Positions 12,929 through 25,161 of a DNA stretch of 64,000 nucleotides are shown one piece after another. The DNA is taken from contig JAHLTZ010000026.1 of assembly GCA_025786725.1 (NCBI GenBank), forward strand, positions 186,001 to 250,000, read 5' to 3'. Numbering within the stretch: position 1 is the stretch's first letter; the number at the start of each line of letters is the position of its first letter. The position numbers and the translations under genes were made by a program. Under the pieces are notes generated by a model that was not told where the DNA came from, did not search any database, and saw nothing but the letters and a program-made list of their open reading frames with translations. The DNA comes from Syncephalis fuscata S228 (Eukaryota; Fungi; Zoopagomycota).

Positions 12929-14008
12929 TCAGGCTTGATTATTGTTAGCCATAAGCAATGTGTCTCGGGACGTGTCGTGGTAATTTGGTAAAGCATTGAT
13001 TTTATATAAAGCCTCATATTTTTTCATTACTTTCTCCTTCAATTTTTTTAGCCTTCCATTTTCGCTTACTTCATTGCCAGTTTTATGCTCGTCCATAAAC
13101 ACGTGAAGTTCAAAAATATTTGTTTCAACGATTTGTTTCATACGGTTGGTCATAATAACATCTGTAGGATCTTCAAAAGTTGAACCTTCAATATATGAAC
13201 CAAAGAATTTTTTAAACACAACGTGCTTCATATCATTGATACATAATACTAATAAAAATGAGTATATACTTAATAATCAATTTGTTTAACTCACCTGGAA
13301 TGCCAAGATACAGCAGGTTAATCTTTCTCAAGTCACGTACACCTAATTAAAATCAAGTTAGCGTTTAGTTGTTATATTGCACACGCTTACCATCAGCAAC
13401 TTGTTTTAGCACATTTTGCACTATTAGTATACGCTTACTGGCTTTCTCATTTTTTAAATAATGAGCAAAACTGTTAAACTGCATATCGCAACGAGTTAAA
13501 GTAACGTAACAGCTGTGGCGAGCAACAGAAATATAATCCACTAATCCAATAGTATACTTGCTGTCCTTTGTCCTTTGGCTATTCAATACACTAGATCTAT
13601 CGATAATATGCTAATATTATCATTAATAGTCGATTTATACATCCATGTCATACAAAATACCTTATATATTTTAATATCGTTAGGCCAATCATCTCTATCG
13701 TTGTTGGCGCATGTAATCATAACCTCTTGTTTTTTCCATGTTCCTTTAGCATACTGAATTCCTTCCTGGGAGTTCGATAGTTCTATATTTTTGATACCAT
13801 GTTCCCTGAATAGCTTGTTGCCATATATTGGGTGGTTAATATCTTAATAATATTCAAGTGAAATTAGTACAGTACATTTTTACATATTATAGTCAAACTT
13901 ACCAGGTTTTTTACTAAAAAGGCCAGGTGCAGCTATAGCGGTATGTGCTATTGACAAAAACACCATTGCACCAATAGCTGAAATAGCGGTAGATTTTAAA
14001 CCAAGCAT
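12929..14008 (-). CDS. Secreted kinase-fold protein lacking catalytic motifs (pseudokinase), copy A, 5 exons, ~290 aa
   Basis: Signal peptide MLGLKSTAISAIGAMVFLSIAHTAIA; then YAKGTWKKQEVMITC, DIKIYKHI, TIGLVDYISVARHSCYVTLTRCD, VLKQVADGVRDLRKINLLYLGIPVLCINDMKHVVFKKFFGSYI in kinase subdomain order. Four GT-AG introns give a continuous frame. Confidence 0.7.
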
Positions 14009-15256
14009 TGTTTCTAAACTTTCTGAGCTGGTTATTCAAAATGAAAAATTGTAATGGTGAGTAAAGCGGATTTTCTAGATAGTAAGTAAAAAGTAAACTA
14101 GTAAAGCAATCAGCAAAGCATATTTATTTATATATGATAATACCATACAACTTCCACATGGCTTTTACGCAATATATTCTTCCGACATTGTTTCAAAAAA
14201 GTTTGTTCAAATAAATGGCTAGAAAGATACAACTAAATCGATGAACTAAATCGTGCTTTTTATTTTCTAAATTTGTAAAGGGGTAGATTAGTGTTATTGA
14301 ATATGGAAGTTGAAACTCGATAGCGCGTGTTGTTTTATTGATTAAGATGTGACTTCCATGTGATCTATTCTCCCATCATTGTTTCAATTTTTTTGTTCAA
14401 ACAAATGATCAAAAATGCACCTAAACTGATAAATAAATGTAACCTTTTATCTTCTAAGTTTCAAATGATTAAATTAGTATTACTGAACATAAACTTTTTA
14501 TAACTTGAACACAGAATTTATAATTTGATAATGTATTGTTATGTTTCTAATTTTAGAAATCGCAACTTGGATGATCAAGCAACATCTTATGTTAGTGTTA
14601 TTGTACAATACTAACTTGCAATGCTTATTGACACTTAAATTGACGCTCAGAATACAATGCGTTGGTTTGTTAATATCACTTTTAATAATAAACTTTTTTA
14701 TTGATCATTAGTTATCACAGCTCAACTATAATAAGCTAAATAACTTTACAATATTAGTAAGATTACCATTATATAGTAAGCATAATTAATAATAGAGCTT
14801 GAATAATTTGTGCTAATTCATCATTGATGCAATGTATCGGTTCATGTAACTACTTATATGCTCGCAATTAACAAGCATTTACTAATTATGTTTTTGTAAT
14901 AGTTGTTTATTTGTTAGCAATTAGTGCTTATACCCGACATATGTGTTAATTTTGCTATCTATTATATGCGACTTTAGCTAAGCATTCAATCACATTGTGT
15001 ATTTATTAATTACACTATCATAGCAAATGACTATTATATTAAAGTTGTAACAATGCCTAGTGTATAATTAAGTATAAAAATTATGAAAAATACTCAGAAT
15101 AGCATTATTTGGTTATTGATAATCATAATCATAATAATATTACTATGCAAATTGGCAAATTAATATACCAGACTTAATTAATAGAATAGTTTATATCTAA
15201 TTTAGTTTTTATTGGATCAATATGCTATAAATATGTCAATTATTCAAATATTTATT

Positions 15257-16357
15257 TTAAAAAAATAATTGTACTGATTGGTTATAAACTTGATCGTTGC
15301 CAGCCATAAGCAATTTATTTTGGGGCGCGTAATGATAATTTGGTAAAATTTTGGTTTTATATAAATCATAATATGTCTTCATTACTTTCTCCTTCAAATT
15401 TCTTAGTCGCATATTCTCCATTACTTCATCGTTGGTTGTACGCTTATGCATAAACAAGTGAAGTTCAAAAACATTTAATTCAATAATCTGTTTCATACGA
15501 TCGGTCATAATAATATCTTCAGGATCCTCAGGATTTGAACCTTCAATGTAGGAGCCGAAGAATTGCTTAAACACAGCATGTTTTTTATCATTGATACATA
15601 TTGCTAATAGAAATAAATATAAACCTAATAATCTATTTGTTTAACTTACATGGAATGCCAAGATACAGCAGGTTAATCTTTCTCAAGTCACGTACACCTA
15701 ATTAAATCAATTAGCGTTTAGTTGTTATATTGCACACACTTACCATCAGCAACTTGTTTTAACACTTTTTGTACCATTGATATAGAATTACCAAATTTCT
15801 TATTTTTTAAATAAAAATAAAATTGCTAAACTGCATATCGCAACGAGTTAAAGTAACGTAACAACTGTGGCGAGCAACAGAAATATAATCCACTAATCCA
15901 ATAGTATACTTGCTGTCCTTTGTCCTTTGGCTATTCAATACACTAGATCTATCGATAATATGCTAATATTATCATTAATAGTGATTTATACATCCATGTC
16001 ATACAAAATACCTTATATATTTTAATATCATCAGACCAATCATCTCTATCGTTGTTGGCGCATGTAATCATGACCTCTTGTTTTTTCCATGTTCCTTTAG
16101 CATACTGAATTCCTTCCTGGGAGTTCGATAATTCTATATTTTCGATACCATGTTCCCTGAATAGCTTGTTGCCATATATTGGGTGGTTAATATCTTAATA
16201 ATATTCAAGTGAGATTAGTACAGTACATTTTACATATTATAGTCAAACTTACCAGGTTTTTTACTAAAAAGGCCAGGTGCAGCTATAGCGGTATGTGCTA
16301 TTGACAAAAACACCATTGCACCAATACTGAAATAACGGTAGATTTTAAACCAAGCAT
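15257..16357 (-). CDS. Secreted pseudokinase, tandem copy B (1-nt frameshift in a T run at ~15815)
   Basis: Same exon structure as 12929-14008; 5' part nearly identical, last exon diverged; frame restored by adding one T to a T5 run. Confidence 0.65.
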
Positions 16358-16868
16358 TGTTTCTAAACTTTCTGAGCTGGTTATTCAAAATGAAAAATTG
16401 TAATGGCGAGTAAAGCGGATTTTCTAGATAGTAAGTAAAAAGTAAACTAGTAAAGCAATCAGCAAAGCATATTTATTTATATATGATGGTACCATACAAC
16501 TTCCACATGGCTTTTACGCAATATATTCTTTTAACATCGCTTTAATCTTTTTTTGTTTAAATAAAAGACTAAAAAGGTGCAACTAAATTGATAGACTAAA
16601 TTGAGTTTTATTTTCTGAATTTGTAAATGGATAAGTTGAGATTACTGGATATAGAATTGGTAATTTGGTGGTTCATGTTGTTATTTTATTGGTTAAATCA
16701 TAATTATTTTTTAAATCGTTGATTGATTATTACGTCTGCTTTGAGTTTTATACGATAAAATAAATATATTATTGAATAAACTATCTATTAGCAATGAGCA
16801 ATAATCGCAGTTAAAGTTGATTTATTAATAATTCAGACATATTGATCTGCACACATTTACAGATTCGA

Positions 16869-17855
16869 TCAAAGCTTAAGCGCAGCCTCAATATCTAGTA
16901 ATTGTTAAATTCGATAGCTATTCAATAGTATGTCGCTTACCTGTTTCTTGACCATTAGCACTATTAGACAACGTGGGCAGTGTGGGCAACGTATCAGTAA
17001 ATTCGGGCATCGGCTCTTCGAGTGTCGTATTCGATTGTAAATACGAAGGAGTTGCATCCTCTTCCAAAAGAAGTTCATCACCCAATGCATCCAATTCTAA
17101 ATAGTCAATAGCAACCAATAATTAATACCTATTCATATTGACAATTATTCATCGTAATCTATTTACCAGCTTCCAAATCAGCCTCATCCAACTCTGCTGG
17201 TACATCATAGCTACGCGCCATAATTTCTTGAACTTCATTTGCTGACTCTAATAAATCTTGCATATCATCTTGCATTTGCTATTTACATTATATTAAATCA
17301 ATACTATTGTTAAAGTGTATCATCATCTTACCTCAATCTTATCAATGCTTAAGCCTTTGTATTGCTTCTTCAAAGCAGTATTGGCATGCTGCATAGCCTC
17401 TACTGACATGGCAGTATGCCGTAGATTATCAGTGGCTAGTTGTGTTTGCTCCATACTAAATATCTGGTCCTGTAGCTGGTCTCGCTGTTGCTCATACCTA
17501 GTGCTAGTTATAATTGCTGTTGTCTAGTCCATCTAAAACTTACTGTCGTTTCTGCTGTAGAATGCGTAGAGCTCGTTGCTTTACCGCATTCTATATGTAT
17601 TTATATTAGGAAGCTGTTCCGACGTCTACGCAGCTTACCTTTGAAGGGCCTTCTCTTAAGCGGCCCAATTGCTCTTTGTAACGAGCCAATTCAACGTCAA
17701 GCTTCTTAATCTTTACTTCAATGCCTTCTACTCGGCCATCTGCCTAGATAGAAACCATTAAACACCGTAGCCTACCGCCAGCAACCTACCGATTGAATGG
17801 CACCATCGAGTGTTGGTGCGGCCACCTTTTTATTGGTGCCAAAAAAGCGATGCAT
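16869..17855 (-). CDS. VPS60: ESCRT-III subunit Vps60/CHMP5, multi-exon
   Basis: MHRFFG..APTLDGAI, IKKLDVELARYKEQL, AVKQRALRILQQKRQYEQQRDQL, IDKIEQMQDDM, RSYDVPAELDEADLEAELDAL. Confidence 0.92.
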
Positions 17856-17955
17856 AGTGGCTGTGTACAGAAGATAACTGATGAAAATAGAGTGTAGATT
17901 TGTATTATATCCATATCGTCCTTTCTTTTTATTTGCAGTTATTACAACCACGACA

Positions 17956-18848
17956 ATGACTGAATTAAAGGCTCAAGCTGCCACGGCTTATCGTCTTGAG
18001 CGAGAGGAAACCTTTCGTGAGGCATGTGCACTCGGCAATGAACGAGTAGTACAGCAAATGCTGCGTACGGGCGGTATAGTTGTCAATGGACAGAATCGTG
18101 TTAATGGCTGGTAAGTAGTTTAAAAGATATTTATTATAAAAGTGTTTAAACATAGCCAATATATCATGTTAAAGGACGGCATTGCATTGGGCAACAGCAC
18201 GCGGACACACTAGCATTATTGAACTATTACTTGCCTATAATGCTGATCCATCAGTGGCAGCTACTGATGGCCGATTACCACTGGATTTGACCAAAGACGA
18301 TGCTATAAAAGCATTGCTATCCACTACGTTAAATGGCTCATTATTGCCATCTCAAAGCAATACGAATGAACCGCTACTCTTTACGCCACATTATCTTGAA
18401 CAGCCCGATCTTGGCCGCGTTTGGGCAACGCCAGAGGAATTTGAACCAGCTTTACCACGCACGACAACGTTAATAGCAACAGCAAATCAAAATATTAGCA
18501 ATACAGATACTAACAATGAGAATAGTAGCAGTATTAGTAATGCTAGCAATACTAGCTTACCACGCGAACTAATTGTTTATAAAGAGGAAGCAAGTCCAGA
18601 TAACATGTGGGGGCCATTCAAGTAGCTCAACAGCATACTATCCGCACTGTACTGCAGCAATGTCAAGAAGAGCTAGACATTGATGATACAACGCCCATCC
18701 AATAAAACGAGTCTCTCGCTTACGCGGCACACTACAAGCAGTGCCTATCAGTGAAAAGCAATATGATAAAACTATGATGGAAATATTTGGTACAACAATA
18801 TCTCCAGATAATGACCCATCCGAATTGATACTTTCTTATCATCCCTGA
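17956..18848 (+). CDS. ANKRD40-like ankyrin repeat protein (1 intron; two 1-nt frameshifts at ~18610 and ~18700)
   Basis: FREACALGN..VNGQNRVNGWTALHWATARGH..GRLPLDL, then FTPHYLEQP (ANKRD40-type FVPNYLxNP) and a C-terminal CQEELDI segment. Confidence 0.7.
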
Positions 18849-19332
18849 ATGAATGACGTCATGTTATAGTGTTTACCCCTTAACAAATATACAATGCATT
18901 ATAAACATTCTCTACAATAAAACGATATAAAATAGTATAATCATTAACCAGTATTAACATACAATGACATTTGATACAATGCTTAAATGTGATTCAAATT
19001 TTCATTTGTTGTGTATCCATCGCGTTATCAATCTATCGACAAATGAGTGGATGAGTAGACTCTTATCTTTCTGGTTATCACTATCTAAGATACGCTCTCT
19101 CCCTCTCCTCTCCCTCTCTCTATTCTTCCATACTTAGTTCACTCTTTTGCTTTCACTGTCTCGTATCGTACTCTTTCTATATCTTGGTAGTTTGTCCTAT
19201 TTCTTGTTATTATTGCGGTCTGCCTACCTATCGGTTGTTGTTTTTGCTTTCTACTCATCGTATAAATGGTTGCTGGTGTGGCACTTGAATACATTTAAAG
19301 ACTTGCAATAAACATATTATCAATTGTTTATT

Positions 19333-22188
19333 ATGACGCCACGTGTTCCTGGTGAAGAAGCAGAGGATACACTCGCGACCGTATCCGCTAGTATTACGAC
19401 AACTACAACTGTAACGACGCCCAATTCGACTACGGGGCGTATTCTTTCACTAACACACTTTCTGCCTATCAATTGCGAATGGCATAAACCTTCAACGGAT
19501 ACACCAGTAGATGGTGCGGTTGACGAAGGTAAATGGCACTTTGGTCGACGTAGAGGACACTCGGCCATGTATGCCGGTATTACATCCTTGTCGTCCTCTG
19601 CACACCCACATTGGCATATTGGCGGGCTTGGTCGGCTACAAACCAATGATGGCGCCATGATACGCTCGTCAATGTTATCCGACCATCAAAAGACTACGCT
19701 TGTCAATGGTTTACGCGAACAGCACTCATCTGTACCGGTATTATTGGATGAAGAGGCCTCTTATGGGCATTATGAAGGCTATTGTAAAGGTGGTAAGTTG
19801 TAGTTATTAGTATTTATTAAAGTTATTTAATCTATCAATCAATAATAATGATAATAGAATTATGGCCTTATTCCATTATCTACCGCCCAACTCGTATAAC
19901 GATAGTAATCTTGCTCAGAGTAACTGGCAAAGTTACATGAATGTAAATCAAGCATTTACTGATGCTTTAGTGCAAGTGTATCGACCTGGTGATTTGAGTA
20001 AGTTTTAATAATAAGCCATCATTTAATAGTAGGATTACTAACGCAATTAACACAATTAACACAATTATAATAGTATGGATTCATGACTATCATTTACTAT
20101 TGGTACCTTCACTAATACGTAAATTGATTCCAAATGCTGCTATTGGATTCTTTCTTCATTCACCGTTTCCTTCATCGGAGATTTTCCGATCATTGCCACG
20201 TAAGTAGTTGTAATTGATCACTATTGTATGCTAACTATAATCAATGATTAGGTCGTAAACAAATTCTTGAGGGCGTACTTGGTGCTAATTTAATTGGTTT
20301 TCAGGTGTGGCTTTATAGTCTAACGACTAGCTATATGATTACTAATTAGCCATCTATTTATATTACAGACATATAGTTATGCACGGCATTTCATAAGCAG
20401 TTGTACACGTGTACTTGGTTTGGAATCAACGCCCACTGGTGTCGATTATCATGGCACACATGTAGCCATTAGTATATTCCCTATTGGTGTTGATGTTAAA
20501 CTTACAGAACATTATCGTCGATCAGCAGGCGTTTTAGAGAAAATTCAACGACTACGCGAGCTATATGCCGGTAAACGTATTATTGTAGGAAGAGATCGAT
20601 TGGATCCAGTTAAGGGGATTCTACATAAGTTAAATGCATTTGAAAAGTTTCTAGAGCGACATCCAAATGGCAAAATAATGTAGTTCTAGTACAGGTAACT
20701 ACACCCGGTCAAGTGGGTCTACCCAAACTAGAAAAGCAGATTGCTGAAGCTGTAGCCCGAATTAATGGTCGATTTGGATCGATTGAGTTCATTCCAGTGC
20801 ATCACTATCGCCAACAGATTGATCGAGATGAGTTCCTTGCTTTGCTATCTATTGCCGATGTTGCACTCATCACAAGTATTCGTGATGGCATGAATACAAC
20901 AAGTCATGAATATGTTATCTGTCAGCATAATGATGGACAAAACCCATTGATTCTTAGTGAATTTACAGGAACAGCAGGCAGTCTTAGTGCTGCCATACTT
21001 GTCAATCCATGGGACTATGTGGTAAGTATTATAAACATGTAGTATTGTAATTAATGAGCTATTACAATATACAGGGAGTGGCCGAAGCTATTCACGAGGC
21101 ACTTACACTGTCGCCAGAAGATAAACGAACAAAACATCAGCATTTGTACCAACATGTCACCACATATACTGCAGAGCATTGGGCACAGTCATTTATTCAG
21201 AGCTGCAAGCCAATCTACGCATACGTGGCCGTGGCAGTACTACACCGGCTCTAAATGCTACAACTATTTGTAATGCATTTAGTAGTGCCAAAAAGCGATT
21301 ATTAATGTTTGATTATGACGGTACATTAACGGCCATTCGTAAAACACCCAATGCTGCAGTGCCGCCGCCAGAAATGATTGAAGCATTAACACAACTGGCC
21401 ACTGATCCACAAAATATGGTGTGGGTAGTAAGTGGACGCGATCAACAAACATTAGAAACATGGCTGGGCTCAGTGCCCAATCTTGGTCTAAGTGCTGAAC
21501 ATGGATGTTTCCTCCGATCACCGGGCAGGAATGGATTAATCTATTGGAGAAAGACGATCTGTCATGGAAGAAAGAAGTAAGCGAGATTTTTGATTATTAT
21601 ACAGAGCGAACACAAGGCTCGTTTATTGAGCATAAATCAAGTTCGATTACTTGGCATTATCGACTTGCTGACCCGGCATTTGGTGAATTCCAAGCGAAGG
21701 AATGTCAAAATCATTTGGAAAATGCCGTTCTTTCAAAATTACCCGTTGAAATTCTTGTCGGTAAAAAGAACCTTGAAGTTAGGCCGGTGAGTATTAATAA
21801 AGGTGGTGTAGTGAGTCGCCTTATTGAAGCGGCCAACAATGAATGTGACTTTGTTATTTGTGCCGGTGACGATAAAACCGACGAGGATATGTTCCGCGCT
21901 ATTCAACGTAATTCCTACCTCGAGGATCCTTCCCGTGTATTTTGCATTACTATTGGCGGTGCCGCAAAGAAGACAGCCGCCGATTGGCATGTACCCTCAC
22001 CTGAACAATTGATTACGATACTTCGTCAGCTGGCTGAATTACCTGCGGCAAAACCCGGTTGGTATCAACACGATGGCGATGACCACGAAGAGAGGATAGT
22101 GAGACGACAACATCTAATGCTGCCGATGTTTAACAACAACAACAACAACCAGGCTAGTAAGACTATTTGGATACTTGATAATTGTTAA
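19333..22188 (+). CDS. TPS2: Trehalose-6-phosphate phosphatase/synthase-complex subunit (GT20 + HAD phosphatase), multi-exon, several 1-nt frameshifts
   Basis: WIHDYHLLLVP, GFFLHSPFPSSEIFR, GRDRLDPVKG, RDGMNTTSHEY, LILSEFTG, LMFDYDGTL, SAEHG, AGDDKTDEDMF. The extreme C-terminus is uncertain. Confidence 0.9.
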
Positions 22189-22474
22189 ATACGGCTATCT
22201 ATACCACGCCATGTATTCATTCTGGATTGGCTTTGTTTATTATCATTTATCAGTTGCTTTAGCACAAAATAAACGCGTGTTCTTCCAATAAGTATAGTGT
22301 TATTAGATTGGTTATTAAAATACTGATTTATTAATAATCAAATTAGTATAATTCTATCTATTTTTATTACTACTAACAACATTGTAATCCACTAATTGAA
22401 TAGTTGCGTAAGTGTTAATTAATTATTTTCTCACGCAATCCATTAAATCTAAAGTAAATAAGTTTGTACATACA

Positions 22475-22887
22475 ATGGATGATAAACAGATCCGTCAACG
22501 CGTTGATACACATATCAATGAACTACGACAAGAATACGATGGTGTGTATTGCAAGTAGTAGTTATTCATAGATATTAATGCATGTATATGCTATGATTAG
22601 TCATAGCAAATGAACTGAAATCTATATTGAAGATCTGCTGAATCGATTTAATAATTGTCTTAAACAACAGTGTGACCAGTTTACTAATCAATATACTGGA
22701 ATGCTTATGATATTCAGCATGCTGAACAAGAACAAGGTAAGTATAGTACTTACCGGCATTTAGTATATTGACTCTATCTTTTATAGAGCGAATAAAGCAA
22801 CAACTCATGGATCTAGTTCAGTTGCTTAACAATGCATTTAGTCTACTATCTCATGATACCGCCACCAGCCAGCATAGTCCAGGCTAA
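22475..22887 (+). CDS. Small (~100 aa) predicted coiled-coil protein, 3 exons, needs two 1-nt corrections; absent from the ORF track
   Basis: MDDKQIRQRVDTHINELRQEYD|VIANELK..IEDLLNRFNNCLKQQC..AYDIQHAEQEQ|ERIKQQLMDLVQLLNNAFSLL; typical-size GT-AG introns (22542-22600, 22737-22786). Confidence 0.45.
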
Positions 22888-23009
22888 TTAAACAAAATTT
22901 GTTTATGGCAACTTATATTTGTAATATTTGCCCATTCAATTACATCCATTTATTCCAATATTACAAATAAAACTATAGCATTTGTATTGCTTAATGTAGC
23001 TACTTTTTA

Positions 23010-24386
23010 TTAACTATCTATGATATTAATGTCACTATTAATGTCACTACTATTAATATTCGGTAACAACTCGCCAAGACTCTTGATACACCTATTTTGT
23101 ATAACATCCTTAGGCACTAGACTATTCTTGTGCTGTTCTCTTTGTAGTAGGACGGCCATTAAACCGGCTGCTTGTGCACCGAGGAAGTCACTACATTTAT
23201 CATACAGAGTAGGCAAAGGAATATTCTTTAATGGCTTCTCTTCCCTCTCTTCCTTTACTCTCTCTCTTCCTTACCGTGCATAATCATCGCCGACATGCAG
23301 CGTATTGGTAGGATTTACCCCAACGGCATTCGTGGCAGCCAGAAAAGTGCGTACATCAGGCTTCTCAAACCCCAGATCTTCACTGCATAGCACAAACTTG
23401 AAGTGGTCGGCAATCTTAAAGCCTGCAATGTCGTGTCTGGCCAACCGCATTACCAACAACAAAACAACAACAGCATTAAAATAGTCATATTGTTGTACAC
23501 AAAAGGGCACGTTAGCCAATCATCTATCGACGTGTGAGAAACATTGTATGGACGTACAAATACGTTTATCTAGATTGGAGAGAATGCCGAGTAGTGGTGG
23601 ATTTGGCAACTCACGCAACGCTTCAATGTAGGCAGTGTGTCAGGATAGAGTGAATAATTATCGGCACAACTAAAGCCATGCCATAATTCATCAAAGATGG
23701 CATTTTTTACTGGTTCAAATACTATTTATTATTAATTAATAAAGTGTGTTTATATAATTTTTAATAATAACAATAACTGACCTTTGGATGCTATACCAAC
23801 ATATAAAAAGTGTTAAATACCACCTTGTAGATCAAATGTTAGCTATAGACGTTGAAATAAATGGCCATCTCTATACAAACATGCACAGAGACACGTATGC
23901 ACACGGCCTTGTTACTTACTTGGCGCCACCATGGCTGTGCACTGCTGTCTAATAGACTGCTATGACTATTATTGTTGTCGCTGCCATCATTGTTGCCGCT
24001 ATTATTACTAATACTTTGGTTGTACGCATAGTCGTGCATATCAACATTCTGTCGTCCATAGACCGGCTGCTTTCTTTGTTGTTCGGCCAGACATTGGCGA
24101 AATACCTCACTTAACATATCAGCATGAGGTAGACCAGTAATGCCATGCTTCTCGGCTACAGCAATCTATGCACAGTATCCATCAATATGCTGCACTGACT
24201 AATCTACAGTATGATATCCATCATCGTCGTCGTCGTCGTCGTCAACAGCATCGACATCATATCACTTACATACTGCTGACTGATGGATAACCGTGGATGG
24301 AATAACGTGCCAAATGCATCAAATAGTATCAATTTCACGGGTAGGCGTGCACTAGCCTTGGATACGCGATAGATTGGAGTTAGCAT
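23010..24386 (-). CDS. HAD-like hydrolase, HDHD3/REG-2 type, multi-exon
   Basis: LILFDAFGTLF (motif I), GILSNLDKR, FVLCSEDLGFEKPDVRTF, LHVGDD..DFLGAQAAG. Confidence 0.85.
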
Positions 24387-25161
24387 ATCTCTGGTTATTG
24401 TTGTGACGAATATACGCAATAAACATAAAATAATGACAAATATTAATCATCTACTCTTTTTAATTGACGTCATTTCTTTATTATATTCTTATTACTTGTC
24501 ATACATCATTACCAATGCCTCCTTTTATAACCATCTATTACCTTCTACTTCCTTCCTTCTCTACATCTATATTTACTCTTTTTCTCTCCATCTCTAGTTA
24601 TGGCCTCAATATTGCATCATTGGGTGCGAAATGGCGTTTTTCTCACGAACAATTCTCATTGGTCGGAAATGGCGTAACTTTTGGGCCAAATGAGGTGCTA
24701 AATCGAGTTGTGTTATTGTTGGAACTGCTTCGTTCGGAGTTAGCATCACTCATGGTTTTACACCAAACAGGACGTGAAATGGACAGACAATGAGTAATGC
24801 GTGATAAATGGATCCATAGACAAAACATACAGAACAGCGATTGGGTGACAATTTGAAGGAAGGCAAGGACACAGTCACACGCTCACTATGATATTTTTCA
24901 TCCAGCCAATAGTTATCTTTTGTAGTGAGTCTATATTTTTACTTTTTACTTTCCGTAAATTTGGTTTGTCAGCGATAAAAGTATTAAAAGCAAGCGAGTA
25001 AATCGCTCTGCCACACGTTTGTTTCGTTGTAAACAATTCATTCTACGCTTTTTCTACTAGCAAGTTTCATTTGCTACTCTACCGTTTATTTATCGGTATA
25101 CGCTACTCTACTACCTCTACTTCCTTTCATTTGATACTGTTTTCTGTCGCTTATTATCAGT

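Larger units (their letters stand above)
12520..16700. repeat. Tandem segmental duplication (~12520-14340 and ~14570-16700) carrying the pseudokinase pair
   Basis: Homology extends into the downstream flank (cgctcaaaatacaatg..ttggtt..ttaatat at ~12595 vs cgctcagaatacaatg..ttggtt..ttaatat at ~14645) and the upstream promoter (14009-14180 vs 16358-16530). Boundaries are approximate. Confidence 0.8.
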
